From positions 2,944,678-3,008,677 of the forward strand of contig BCIN01000002.1 in the NCBI GenBank assembly GCA_039545335.1: a DNA stretch of 64,000 nucleotides, given 5' to 3'. The stretch's first letter is position 1; every line of letters begins with the position of its first letter. The stretch is from Kondoa subrosea (taxonomy: Eukaryota). A model generated the notes under the pieces. That model made no database searches. It worked only from the letters and a program-made list of their open reading frames with translations, and was not told the DNA's origin. The translations under genes were made by a program, and so were the position numbers. This document shows positions 14,301 through 25,174 of the stretch, in pieces.

Positions 14301-14422
14301 AACAGCGGGGTGGTTTCAATGACATCTTCACGACCTGTAGCAGATTTCTGGCCATGCTGAACTTCTGGAGATGCGAATTCGCCTTCTTCGCGAGCGTTTG
14401 GTGGCTCATGCTGGTCTGTCAT
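11374..14422 (-). CDS. Glycoside hydrolase family 15 (glucoamylase/trehalase-like), many small exons
   Basis: [93 protein letters not shown] and [26 protein letters not shown] motifs. Confidence 0.92.
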
Positions 14423-14452
14423 GGTTTCTGGGAGACCTGCCTAAGCGGATAC

Positions 14453-14869
14453 TTATTCTGGGTTGGTCAGCAACTGCCATGTATACCTTTCTTGCTTCGG
14501 CCTGGCTGATACCTGAGACTGCTATGATATCTAGACTCAGGATTGCTGTCCGAGCTGCAACCAGGAAGATCTGGCTCGCTCGCTCGAAAGTGCAATCTGC
14601 TCGAGATATATGATTAGGCTGCATAGTGTCTGAAGAGTCGATGATTCTCTGCACCGATACTCAAGTCATCGAGGTCTGCTTCTACGATCCAGCTAGATTG
14701 TATCTGTATCCCTTGAAATCCTGGCTTCTTCCGCGTCAAGAAACATTCCAACTTGTTGCCTTTCGCAATTAATGTCCGGTCGTTGATGTTCCACTCGCTT
14801 GCTAGAGAATGTCCGCATGTCTGCAGTCAACTTCCTCTTTCGAGCTCATTCCTGCTTTCTGCCTCTTCC
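14453..14869 (-). repeat. Inverted repeat copy B, lying in the GH15 promoter/5' leader region
   Basis: Reverse complement matches 1-425. It ends ~30 nt upstream of the GH15 ATG at 14422. Confidence 0.95.
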
Positions 14870-15087
14870 TTGATCATTGTTCTGCTAGCAATCACACCTT
14901 CTCTTTTGACCTTGTTCAGTCCATAGCTCTGCTGTGTATAGTCAATTGCGACCACTCATCAACAGGAATGGCATCTCATTGGATATACCTCATGACATCC
15001 TGCCTGGTTGAAGCAAAAAAGACAATGATGCTATCAGCAACAAGACCAAAAAGAAATGGGAAGGTTTTTTGTCGCCTGTGTGAATCG

Positions 15088-15826
15088 AACACACGTTTCC
15101 ACGGATCCTAGGATCATAAACCACAACGTAGTGTACTCTACAAGAAGAGAAACAACACGAATGTGAGCATCGGTGAAGATGCAAGGTTTGGAAACCACTC
15201 ACAACCACTATACGAAGGCGACCGATAATTACGTAATCAAAGGATTACAACTGTTTGAAACAGGTTTTGATGAAGTGCTCATCGAACTGGGCGTATATGT
15301 CCACATTGAACTTGATCTGTAGAGCATTTTTTCGTGTCTTTGATTTCGAAGAGCTAGCAGCCATTCGTCCTTTCAGCGGTTCCTTGTCTTGCGCCAGTCA
15401 AATTTGTTTGCATTGCCGTTGCATTGCTCATTTGACTAGAGGTGATAGAGATATGAAATAGGCAGATCATATGTGTTCAAAGAAGGTGTGTTTGTTAGGC
15501 AGAGCATTGAAGAGAAAGTCAGTGCAAGATTGAACACGGAGATAAAGCAAGCGGACAAGAGCAGATGCTGTGACATCGTATCATCACGACTGGTGGTCCA
15601 GTCCACTTGCAATTTTCCTCCCGCAAAGTAGGCTGTTTGACCTGAGTACAGCGCAAAATATTCTTGGGCAACGAGAATTCATTACGCAGCTTACCAAGGA
15701 TTGTAACATTACGAACAAGTAGCAGATCACCTGCCAGAGGTAGACAGAGTATAATCACAAGAAGAAATCGAGAAGATGACCTAGTGCCGACATAACTCGG
15801 GTCCATCAGAAATCGGCAAAGCAGAG
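15088..15826. repeat. Direct repeat copy 1 (605-bp identical core 15088-15692 plus diverged tail)
   Basis: Matches 18039-18643 at offset 2951 with no mismatch seen. ORFs 15255-15461 and 18206-18412 translate identically. Similarity decays to ~15826. Confidence 0.95.
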
Positions 15827-16263
15827 TGTCCAAGTGTCAGATGATCAGATCATGTCATTTGAGAACACGATGCGTTGTCAGCTTCAAAGCAGCAGAGGTA
15901 GTTCTCAAGGGCGTTTGCTCCACATAACAAAAGGCCAGAAAGCAAAGACAAAGTGGAAAAGACAGCTAAAAAGAAGAAGAAGAAGAAGAACAGTAACAGA
16001 GAAGGACCTTGGACTAGCCCATTTAGCAAAGTCCTGCAACCGATCCAATGCAACGGGAGATATTTCTCTCTCCGTTCCACATCCGACAAAGCAGAATGTT
16101 CAGAATCAGACTGACACATATGATACCATCGACAACTACGATAGCAGATCTTCCGTCGTCATATGCACAGCTTGGATTACATTAGGTCTTCTTCTGTAGA
16201 ATAGGCGAAAAGCAATACTCACCGATAACGTGCGAACGCGCTAGTCCAGCACTGCAAACCCAT

Positions 16264-17694
16264 TCAAGCACCGCCAAAAAGCTCTTGAAAAAGAGCTTGA
16301 AGCGACTGTTCTGCTCCTGCTGTTTCCTCGTCCGCTTCCACCTCAATATTCACTTCATGCGCACTCAGCCCTACATCCCTTTCCCAGTCCCAATGAGTCA
16401 CCAAAATTCTCCGCGCATCATCTGCACTAGCTCCACCACCCACTCCGACCGTTGCAGCCAACTCTCTTCAGTTCTGGAATTTCACATGAATCTGGCAGGC
16501 GGGACCCACTTCTTCAATCTCATCATCGAAATGCAACAAACATAAAAGAGCTTTCCCTTCCCCTCTAGTGAAGCTGCTCAAGTCTTGACAAAGGGATTTG
16601 AAATATTCGAGATAGTATTCGCATGGGTAAAAAGTTTCTCTTTCACCATCGTAAAACAATTCTGTAGTAAGACCAAGATGGCGCAAAGAAGGAAAGATAG
16701 CGGTGTTGCAGAGTGTATCACGAATTGCTAGGGCTGGTTCATAAAGAGTAGAACGGAAGACCAATGAAACTTGCTCTAGCCGGTTAGCCAACTCTGTTGC
16801 CGCTAGCTGAGAGATGATATCTTCCATTTCATCGATATAAGGTGCCACGTTAAGCTCGAAACACAGATTGATCGAGGTGAGAGAAGGGAATTCTTGCGCA
16901 AGATATAATAAGTCTTCTTTCGATGGCATTAACTCGTCGTGGTAATTGGCAAACTCGATGTGAGAGCAGTCCTTGAAGTAAGCCCTCAATTCTTTCCAAT
17001 TTTCGAAACGATAATCCGTGGAATCATAACATAAGGCGGTGAGCTGCAGATTTGCCTGACGTTGAAGCACTCCAGCTACAAATGCCTGCAGCGAGATCGT
17101 TTCCGGGTCCTCTCTACCTGCTACTGTCGCTGTTGCTTCAATCGGTGTTTCGCGCTTTTCCAGCTGTATGCTTGTTATTGGCCATAAGCTTTCGCTGATA
17201 CGAAATTTCTCCAAGCCAGACGCCTTCTGCATGACAAGTCCGAAGATTTGCCGGTGATCGCTCATGTTGAGCAAGACCTAATCTAGTTCTTTCAAATTGG
17301 CTAAGGCAGCAAATTCATTCGCCATCATGTCCACATCCCAGGGTGCCAGCTCAAGTATACTCAAAGAGCGCAAGTTGGACATAGACGATATGAGCCGCGA
17401 AGACTGGCCATCCAAAAAGCCTGACGATGTGCACAAACTGAGGATGAGGCTCCGGACAAGCGGCGGATAATCTGGGTTTGCTAACATTGCAAGCCAAGCG
17501 TGAGACTGATCGCAGTGGTCGAGCATCTTTGCATCGCCCGATTCGATATACAGCTTGTGATAAAGCAGAGCTAAGCAAGCACGATGCCAGCTTTTGGACA
17601 CTCGAATGCATTTGACCAAAACATGCTTAAGATGACGGAGCTGCCTGAAGATGCGCAGCTGTAGTTCTGGTGGGAGATTGTTGAAGTTGGCCAT
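16264..17694 (-). pseudogene. F-box family pseudogene with two in-frame nonsense codons
   Basis: F-box start MANFNNLPPELQLRIF..L..C.RVSKSW. One reading frame of 477 codons is interrupted by TAG (17278-17280) and TGA (16468-16470). Colinear with the paralog at 41129-42523 and contains the family motif WDWERDVGL near its end. Confidence 0.85.
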
Positions 17695-18038
17695 GTTCGC
17701 GACGCTTGCTTGACAAATCAATCAATCTCGAGCTTTGTATTGCTGCCTGAGAATTTCTGAAAGCCAAAGATTTGTACCGGATTGAGTGTAAAAGGGCCTT
17801 CAGTCTGGGCGTAAAAGGTGCTGCCGCTAGCCTGCTAGGCGGCACTTCTGCAATCCGGTCGTAGTCGATGAAGAGCAACCCGAAGTTGACACTGAAGCTC
17901 GGTTCTCACGATCTTTCCAGGAAAGTACAGTCAGTAATGCTCAATTTCGAGGTCAATCTATGTGTTGTGCTCCCTCCTGCTTCCTCTTCTCCTGAAGCAT
18001 TTAGCGCCTCGATGCGAGTCCGAGCGAATCAACACCAA

Positions 18039-18781
18039 AACACACGTTTCCACGGATCCTAGGATCATAAACCACAACGTAGTGTACTCTACAAGAAGAG
18101 AAACAACACGAATGTGAGCATCGGTGAAGATGCAAGGTTTGGAAACCACTCACAACCACTATACGAAGGCGACCGATAATTACGTAATCAAAGGATTACA
18201 ACTGTTTGAAACAGGTTTTGATGAAGTGCTCATCGAACTGGGCGTATATGTCCACATTGAACTTGATCTGTAGAGCATTTTTTCGTGTCTTTGATTTCGA
18301 AGAGCTAGCAGCCATTCGTCCTTTCAGCGGTTCCTTGTCTTGCGCCAGTCAAATTTGTTTGCATTGCCGTTGCATTGCTCATTTGACTAGAGGTGATAGA
18401 GATATGAAATAGGCAGATCATATGTGTTCAAAGAAGGTGTGTTTGTTAGGCAGAGCATTGAAGAGAAAGTCAGTGCAAGATTGAACACGGAGATAAAGCA
18501 AGCGGACAAGAGCAGATGCTGTGACATCGTATCATCACGACTGGTGGTCCAGTCCACTTGCAATTTTCCTCCCGCAAAGTAGGCTGTTTGACCTGAGTAC
18601 AGCGCAAAATATTCTTGGGCAACGAGAATTCATTACGCAGCTTGCCAAGGATTGAAGCATTACGAACAAGTAGCAGATTATCTGCCAGAGGTGAACAGGC
18701 AGAAGACAATCACAAGAAAAGAATGGAGAAGGTGCCCTTGTGCCGAAATTACCTTGAGCGTAAGGGATCGGTGAAGCAGAG
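18039..18781. repeat. Direct repeat copy 2 (605-bp identical core 18039-18643 plus diverged tail)
   Basis: Matches 15088-15692 at offset 2951. Confidence 0.95.
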
Positions 18782-19040
18782 GGACGAAGATGTGATCTCA
18801 ATGTGATTCGGCCCGATCCTAAGGCAACGACAGTTCAAAATGCCAATACTAGCGCCTGCTAAAGGGCAGTCAAACTCATACAGGGACAGGTAAGAAGGTA
18901 AGGACGGCGAGCGGCGATAGCCAGCTAGACAGACGAACGATAGCAGCAACAGAACATGAGCCGTATACAGCAGACTTAAGTCTTGGAGCGTTATTCACGG
19001 CAAGATAATTTGCTTGATCTTCCACTTCCGACGAATCACA

Positions 19041-21642
19041 ATGCCCAGGATCAGGTTGAAAGCGGGCGAACAGCGAGTCTGGCTGCTGTACAAGCCAGAA
19101 GCGACGATCGCAGCTTGGAAACATGAGATACGGCGGTTGCTGAGCATCAGACAAGATTTCTCGCTCGAATTGGATGGTCAGCTTCTTTCTATGTAGTAGG
19201 CTTGTTTGAGTTCCAATCCTATTGCACAGGGTTCTCTCTTCTGGATGAGTCTACTTGTGATATTCTGAACACCGTAAGCTTGTTGCATTCGAATCCATGC
19301 AGAACTGATATTTGAGCAGAACGATGTGATCGAGTGAGTTGCCGTCAAGATGTCTCCAACTCTAGCTGATCCGACGATAGTGTGATTTTGGATCCTGCAA
19401 GTCAAGAAGACGCGAGGCCATTGAAGAAACGCAAGCTAACTTCTGCTACTGAACTGCTCGCTTCGCTGCCATTACCTACGCTGCCATATTATCAAGCTAC
19501 ACTACCTGAAGTGGTTCCAGCCGCAATAGTAGACCGAGCAGAAGTCACGGATCTGTTGCGAGATCAAATTATGGCTACCGAAGAGAATGATGAAGCTTCT
19601 TCTGTGGACAATGATTTCCAACCTGGTGTTACCCCGAACGAGAGTGAAGACTCTGATATGCAAGAAACAAGCGAAGAAGAGCCAGAGATAGTCGCCTCCC
19701 ATCCAATTCAAGCAGTCCCAAACATCGAAAATGTACCTCAGCCAGGACCACCTGATCTTCCACCTACCATACAAGCCGAAATTGCTCCTATACCTTCAAG
19801 TCCTCGCTACAACCCTCCAAGTCCAGCTTACTCTCCCGAAGAACAGGTTCCCACTGCCATAGCCTCTACCTCTAATCTTCCTGCTAGTCTCCCATTACAA
19901 CCTCAACCTCCGAACACCAAGATAGTCTTCGATAAGCCTGCAGTATCTTCCAGCAGCGATTCTTCTTCCTCTAGCAGCGATTCATCAGATTCTTCGTCCT
20001 CATCTTCAGAAGAGGAAGACACGTCTGCCCCTATCCAACATCTGACCGCTGCAGCTAAATCGCTTCCAGCAGCTAAATCAGGCCTTACCATGCCAGCTCT
20101 ATATCATCCAGATATCATCAAACCTTCTTATTTCTGGGTAGCAAAACTGGTTGGATTTACAGACGAAGATTTCCCAAAATTAGCAAGAGCAAGTAGACCG
20201 GATGATGCAAAGTTGGAGGATGTACCTTGTTCAGATCAAGTGATTGCATGGATCCAAGCTGGTCGACAAGCGGAAGCCAGTCGTTATGTAGCTAGACAGA
20301 AAGAAAGACATGTCAAAAAGCCAACAGCGGTGTCAGCACCAGGAAAAGGCAGTTTGGCTACACAGAATAGGAATGCAAGAAGGAAAGCCAAGAAGGCAGC
20401 TAATCGTGGGGAAGCTTTAATCAAATCCAATGGTCTCTTGCCTTCCGCTGCTGCCCAAGCGGCTCTGCCGCCGAAAGCCATATCATCACTTCCCGCACAG
20501 CCTACACTACCCACAAGCGAAGAGGTATCGTCGGCTCCTATTGCACAAGCGAAACCACTAGATCGATTTGCGAAGCTTCTAGGACACATGATTTCAAAAT
20601 CGGTATCTTCTACTACTTCTGCTCCTGTGACACCCACTCAAGTAGCATCAGCTGCTTCCCGAGGTCCAGTTGAGATGGACTCCCTTGCGGCAGCTAAAGC
20701 GGCCGCTCTTTCTTCTTTGAACGACATTGCATCTACTGGAGACGGAGCTATGCATGAATTAAACGCAAGGGAAGAAAGAGAATTACAAATGCTAAGCATG
20801 AAAAACAAGAATAAATCCAAAGGGTTTAAAACAGCTTTAGCTAATAATGTTCCAACATCAGTTTCGCACAAGTTCTTCCCTGATTCTACTGCATTACATG
20901 AGATGGAAATTGAAGATTCAGAAGTAAGCAAAAAGAAAGGCAAAGGGAAACAGAAAAAAAATCAGAAGCAGCAAGGCGTTCATCCACCTGCAGCACCTTC
21001 TTCTCGATCTACTGTTCCAAGTAATATAATGGTTTCTTCTGTGGATGTTGAAGATGAGAATTGGGTTGCTGGAAGTGCGACTGTTCAAATTCGAGGCGAA
21101 GAAGTGAAAGAATCTGGTTTGCAAGTACATGAAGGAGAATGGAAGGGATATCCGAAAAATAGGGAGAGCGTGGATGGGAGGTGGAGGAGTTGGACTAGAG
21201 CCAGGACAGGCGATATGCTGCAAGAAGGCGATAAGATTGCTTTTCAGGTCAGTTCATCAATGTCAAGGAAGGAAAAGCATTAACATACTAGACAGGTCAC
21301 CGGTGTTGATTTGCAAACTTTCACACCTGAGCTGTTCACCTACTGGGGTCGATTGGACAAGATTGTCAGAAGTGAAAGTCCTGACCCAGATTTGATTCCT
21401 ACCGCTGTTGGTCAAGCGATCCCGAACAAGAGTAAGCTTCTTATTCGATTCTTTGAGACGTTCAAGGCTAATATTCTATGCGTGAAGAAGATTGGCAGCT
21501 CACAGTCAAGCTACACCCCGAATGTCGACCTTATGGCGAAGCTTGGGATGACGATGTCGATCAAAATCCTATAGAAGGTGATGGATCAGAAAGGACTCTA
21601 GATTGGAATGAGCTGGCGGATGTAAGAATAATTGGCCGGTGA
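19041..21642 (+). CDS. Coilin-like protein (fungal Mug174/coilin type), multi-exon
   Basis: N-terminal MPRIRLK..RVWLL..TIAAWKHEIRRLL..FSLELDG, resembling the coilin N-terminal domain. Long Ser/Pro-rich linker with an ATQNRNARRK motif. C-terminal LQEGDKIAFQ..FTPE..LDWNELADVRII, resembling the coilin Tudor-like tail. Confidence 0.6.
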
Positions 21643-21775
21643 TATACAATCTGATATTCTGCTCGATCGCATGTTGTCCCAAACTGTCGAGGAAATACCA
21701 AAATACTGCAGATACCTGACTGAACGGCCATGAGTGGAAGCTGTACATGCTGTACCCTAGATTCAAGGCAAACAA

Positions 21776-23932
21776 ATGCCTACTGAGACAAAGAAGAACA
21801 TGGTATACTACTTTAGCCAATCCTGCCTGGCTTGTCAGCAAGCGAGATGCAAGCGAGCGCAACAGTCCTCTATGGAATCGTCAGTCTCAATTGTGTCGCA
21901 GGCAGGCATTGTCCTGAAGTTTTGTCGAGCAGTATCGGCATTGACACTTTTGCCCTTCCTTCACTTGCCTGGTGCTTTACAATATGCTTCGACTAGACGC
22001 TCAGTCTTCTCGCGAAAGCCTTCTTTTCTTATTCCTCAGATCAATTTCCCTCAATTATTGCAGCACAAGCAAGTCCTCAAACTCGCAGACGGCTTGGAGC
22101 AAGTTATCTTAAACGCTCCTGCTGAACATCTTGTATTGGCTATGAATATCATCGCAAACGATCTTCGGGCGGTACAGGATGGTCCAATTCGGGAAGAAGC
22201 AAGACAAAGTTTGGGCATGATTCTAGATTCCATTTTTGCAGCGTTGATTACTCGATCGCAAGATGGTGTACTCTCAGCGGATCGAGCATTGTCAAGACTT
22301 CTTCTGCCTCTTCGGCCACTCTTCCTCGAAGAAGGTGAAGAAGAACCACCTTCGACCCATGCTGTCGTTCCTTGGTTTCATTTGTCAAAGAAGACAATCA
22401 GCCAGCTCGCGAGCTGGACCATCCCTCATCTTTTCCTGCCTAATTTTGATGAAGAGGCAGTTCGGTTGCCTAGCGCGATTCTACAAGCTGCACTCGGCGA
22501 ATTAAGCACCTCAACTAGTCTATTTTCTTATTGGTCAGATCATCGCTCAGATCTAGTCAGACTACCTCGATCTAGCAAGAAGATTCTTGATCAACAACTA
22601 GTGCAATATCTGACCGGACTCAGAAGAGCCAAAATCGGCCAAGCAGAGCATGAAGAAGCCATTACCAAAATCGCGACAGCTTTGACCTTGGACATCAGCC
22701 TTCTGCCAGTAACTATCTTACCTCAAGTTCTACTTCTCCTTACTCCTCTCGCTGGTTTCCGTCAAACAAATAACCTAGGGCTACATAGTGAATCTGAAAA
22801 CACAATCGAAATACCTGCACAAGCAGAAGCCGCCCGGCGACTACAACCGTTATGCAAGACAGCTCTTTTATCATTCTTCAATGCACACGATGCTTGGATC
22901 ACAGCTATTCGGCAATCATCATCACCTACACACCTGTGCAATATGTACCTTCAGACAGCTTTGCAATCGCTCAACTCCGTCAACCTCGCCCGTGACATCC
23001 TCTCTACCATGTCAGAACTGAATATCAACCTCAATGCACAAACCAATGCAATTTTGCTTCGTGGTGCAACCATATTACAGGCGGACGATTTGGCTATCGA
23101 GGCAATTCAAGCATTTGACTGGCCGGAAAAGATGCGACTCGACCTGCCTGCTCGAGAACCTACTCCACACGTCTACCCCTTGTCAGATCAGGTAATTGCG
23201 GCCTATCTTTTTCACCTTACAGCCAAAAGCGAATTCAACAAGCTTTCAAATGTTCTCCAGCTCGTTTTACCTACTGTATGGTCTCTATTATGGCGACCAT
23301 ACTTCTTTCGAAAATGGAGGCGTAGAGCTTTAGCTGTCAGACCACCACCTGAACTTGGACCTGAAGTTTATGTAGCTATGCTCAATGTCGCACTTAAGAT
23401 GGGTCGAATTGGATTCGGCCAAAGAATTTGGCATGTTGCTCAAGTGCATGAATTACGAAGTAGAAGACAAGAAGAGCAAGGATGGTTCTTACCCGCTGCA
23501 GCTTATACTATTATGATGCAACTTTGCGCGCAAGAAGTCAAACATGGATCAAACAGCGAACAACCATTTGTCAAAGGATGGGATTTAGGTGCTGTTGATA
23601 CGTATACCAGAAAACAAAGGATTCGGGTCAAGGGAATGGAATTGAGAAGTAGTTTGGCAAAGAGATTCGCTTGGAGGTTGTATACTCAAACTTGGGAAGC
23701 CTCGAAAGCTCGCGATCTGGAGAAGAAGAAGAAAACACATCACGGTCCGCCGATATTGGATGCCAGATTCTTTGAAGCGGCTATCAAGGTGTTTGCTGCC
23801 ACAGGCGAGGGGGTAGCGGATCCTCGATTGAAGACTATTCTGGAAGATATGAAATCGTTGGGCTATGTCAACCTGGATGGCAAAGATTTGCAAGTCAAGC
23901 GAAGATATCCAAAGAAGAGAGGTGCCCGGTAA
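21776..23932 (+). CDS. Pentatricopeptide-repeat (PPR)-like protein, likely mitochondrial
   Basis: 718-aa Leu-rich helical ORF with PPR-like units (LNAQTNAILLRGA; GPEVYVAMLNVALKMGRIGFGQRIW; PAAAYTIMMQLCAQ; DARFFEAAIKVF). Start uncertain. Confidence 0.65.
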   Translation: MPTETKKNMVYYFSQSCLACQQARCKRAQQSSMESSVSIVSQAGIVLKFCRAVSALTLLPFLHLPGALQYASTRRSVFSRKPSFLIPQINFPQLLQHKQVLKLADGLEQVILNAPAEHLVLAMNIIANDLRAVQDGPIREEARQSLGMILDSIFAALITRSQDGVLSADRALSRLLLPLRPLFLEEGEEEPPSTHAVVPWFHLSKKTISQLASWTIPHLFLPNFDEEAVRLPSAILQAALGELSTSTSLFSYWSDHRSDLVRLPRSSKKILDQQLVQYLTGLRRAKIGQAEHEEAITKIATALTLDISLLPVTILPQVLLLLTPLAGFRQTNNLGLHSESENTIEIPAQAEAARRLQPLCKTALLSFFNAHDAWITAIRQSSSPTHLCNMYLQTALQSLNSVNLARDILSTMSELNINLNAQTNAILLRGATILQADDLAIEAIQAFDWPEKMRLDLPAREPTPHVYPLSDQVIAAYLFHLTAKSEFNKLSNVLQLVLPTVWSLLWRPYFFRKWRRRALAVRPPPELGPEVYVAMLNVALKMGRIGFGQRIWHVAQVHELRSRRQEEQGWFLPAAAYTIMMQLCAQEVKHGSNSEQPFVKGWDLGAVDTYTRKQRIRVKGMELRSSLAKRFAWRLYTQTWEASKARDLEKKKKTHHGPPILDARFFEAAIKVFAATGEGVADPRLKTILEDMKSLGYVNLDGKDLQVKRRYPKKRGAR

Positions 23933-23992
23933 CCTGGATGGCAAAGATTTGCAAGTCAAGCGAAGATATCCAAAGAAGAGAGGTGCCCGGTA
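23870..23992. repeat. Perfect 61-bp tandem duplication over the PPR gene stop region
   Basis: AACCTGGATGGCAAAG...GGTGCCCGGT occurs twice, head to tail. Confidence 0.95.
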
Positions 23993-24209
23993 GTCGTCTG
24001 AATGAATGGCTACTCTAACAATACACCAGCAAACAACTCTCTTACGTCCAAGCGCGGCTACACTATCCGATGCTGCACATGCGTTGCACTAGCGCTATTA
24101 CGTCGAAGTATGCTTCTGAGGCGTTAACGCCCATATTGGCCTTGAAGTGCTCTACGTTTGCTTGATCCTGCACAAGCATCAATCGAAACCAAGCATCACA
24201 ATACAAGCA

Positions 24210-24637
24210 ATGGCGCAAGCAGAAAAATATGACTTGAAGAAAGCTTATGAAGCGCTAGAGAGTATGGGCAAAATTTCTCTTGAGCCATTTATGTCTGAAG
24301 GTTAGTCATGGCCGTGTTCACTTGTGTTATGCTCGGACTCATTCCATTCCCAGACGCTACTTTGAGTCCCCCAGGAAGCAAGGGAATAGAAATCAAGGGC
24401 AAACAAGCGATCATGGACTTCATGGTCACTGCTTACTACGCACCTTTTTCTGGTATCCGCTACTTTGACCTCAAGCCTATTGTCGCTGGCGATGTTCTGT
24501 TCACGGAAGGCAAGATGCAAATGACACTGAAGAATGGCCAGAAACTGCCTGAAACGAGTTTCATGTCAAAGATGACTATCAACGAGAAGGGAGAAGCGAC
24601 TCGTATGCAGACTTGGCTCGACGCATCTCTCATGTAA
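24210..24637 (+). CDS. Small SnoaL/NTF2-like domain protein (spliced)
   Basis: MAQAEKYDLKKAYEALE, then an intron, then PDATL...IKGKQAIMDF..IVAGDVLFTEGKM..F..KMTINEKGEATRMQTWLD, a SnoaL-like pattern. Confidence 0.65.
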
Positions 24638-24664
24638 GGGCTACGTAAAGACAGTAGTATAGCA

Positions 24665-25078
24665 TCAAATAAATACCATGACTTTTCCGCCGTCCACGAC
24701 TTTGACTTTGCGCTTTGGTCTGATGTACCCCTTCCACCCTTCACTGTCAATGTGTTTGCTCCAACTTAGCGCTGTCTGACCTTCATTTACGGTGATCTGT
24801 GACTCCCGAATGCGAGCTTTTGGAAATTTGGCTCCTTCTTTGGTGGCCCAGTCAATCGATGGCAGCTCTATGCGTCTCATGCGACTATGATAGATGCCTC
24901 CAGGGGAATTCAAAGACTCGCATGGCTTCTTTCGATTGAAATGCCAAGAAACCGTCTTCTGCGGCGGAGGGCTGACTGTCGCTGACTGTACAATGCTAAC
25001 ATCTTGTGGTGCCCTTCCTCTTTTCAATCTTGCTGCTTGTCCCGCTCCACACTTTCTCAAGTCCATAATGGCCGTCAT
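24665..25078 (-). CDS. Hypothetical basic protein
   Basis: Open ~137-aa frame from an ATG at 25078, filling an intergenic gap. No recognisable domain. Confidence 0.35.
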   Translation of the reverse strand: MTAIMDLRKCGAGQAARLKRGRAPQDVSIVQSATVSPPPQKTVSWHFNRKKPCESLNSPGGIYHSRMRRIELPSIDWATKEGAKFPKARIRESQITVNEGQTALSWSKHIDSEGWKGYIRPKRKVKVVDGGKVMVFI

Positions 25079-25174
25079 GTCTATTGCAGAAGAATTGTAC
25101 GCTGCTGCTGCTAAGCTGGTCAAGAGCGAACGCGCTGGTTCTTTTGCGGAGGGTGAGTAGCAGTCAATTCAATA

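Noticed and set aside
15255..15461. Identical 68-aa ORFs in the two direct repeats
   Set aside because: Non-ATG start and no recognisable features. The identity simply reflects the DNA duplication.
15968..15990. (AGA)n, (CT)n and (GA)n runs here and near 54096 and 61621
   Set aside because: Short, ordinary microsatellites.
16264..17694. Stop-codon reassignment or A-to-I editing rescuing the F-box gene
   Set aside because: TAG and TGA terminate many genes in this window. The TGA aligns with a conserved Gly rather than Trp, and neither context is the TGA-CTA readthrough type.
15088..18781. LTR retrotransposon or Helitron interpretation of the direct repeats
   Set aside because: No TG..CA termini, primer-binding site, polypurine tract, target-site duplication or gag/pol remnants. 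No TC..CTRR Helitron ends were found.
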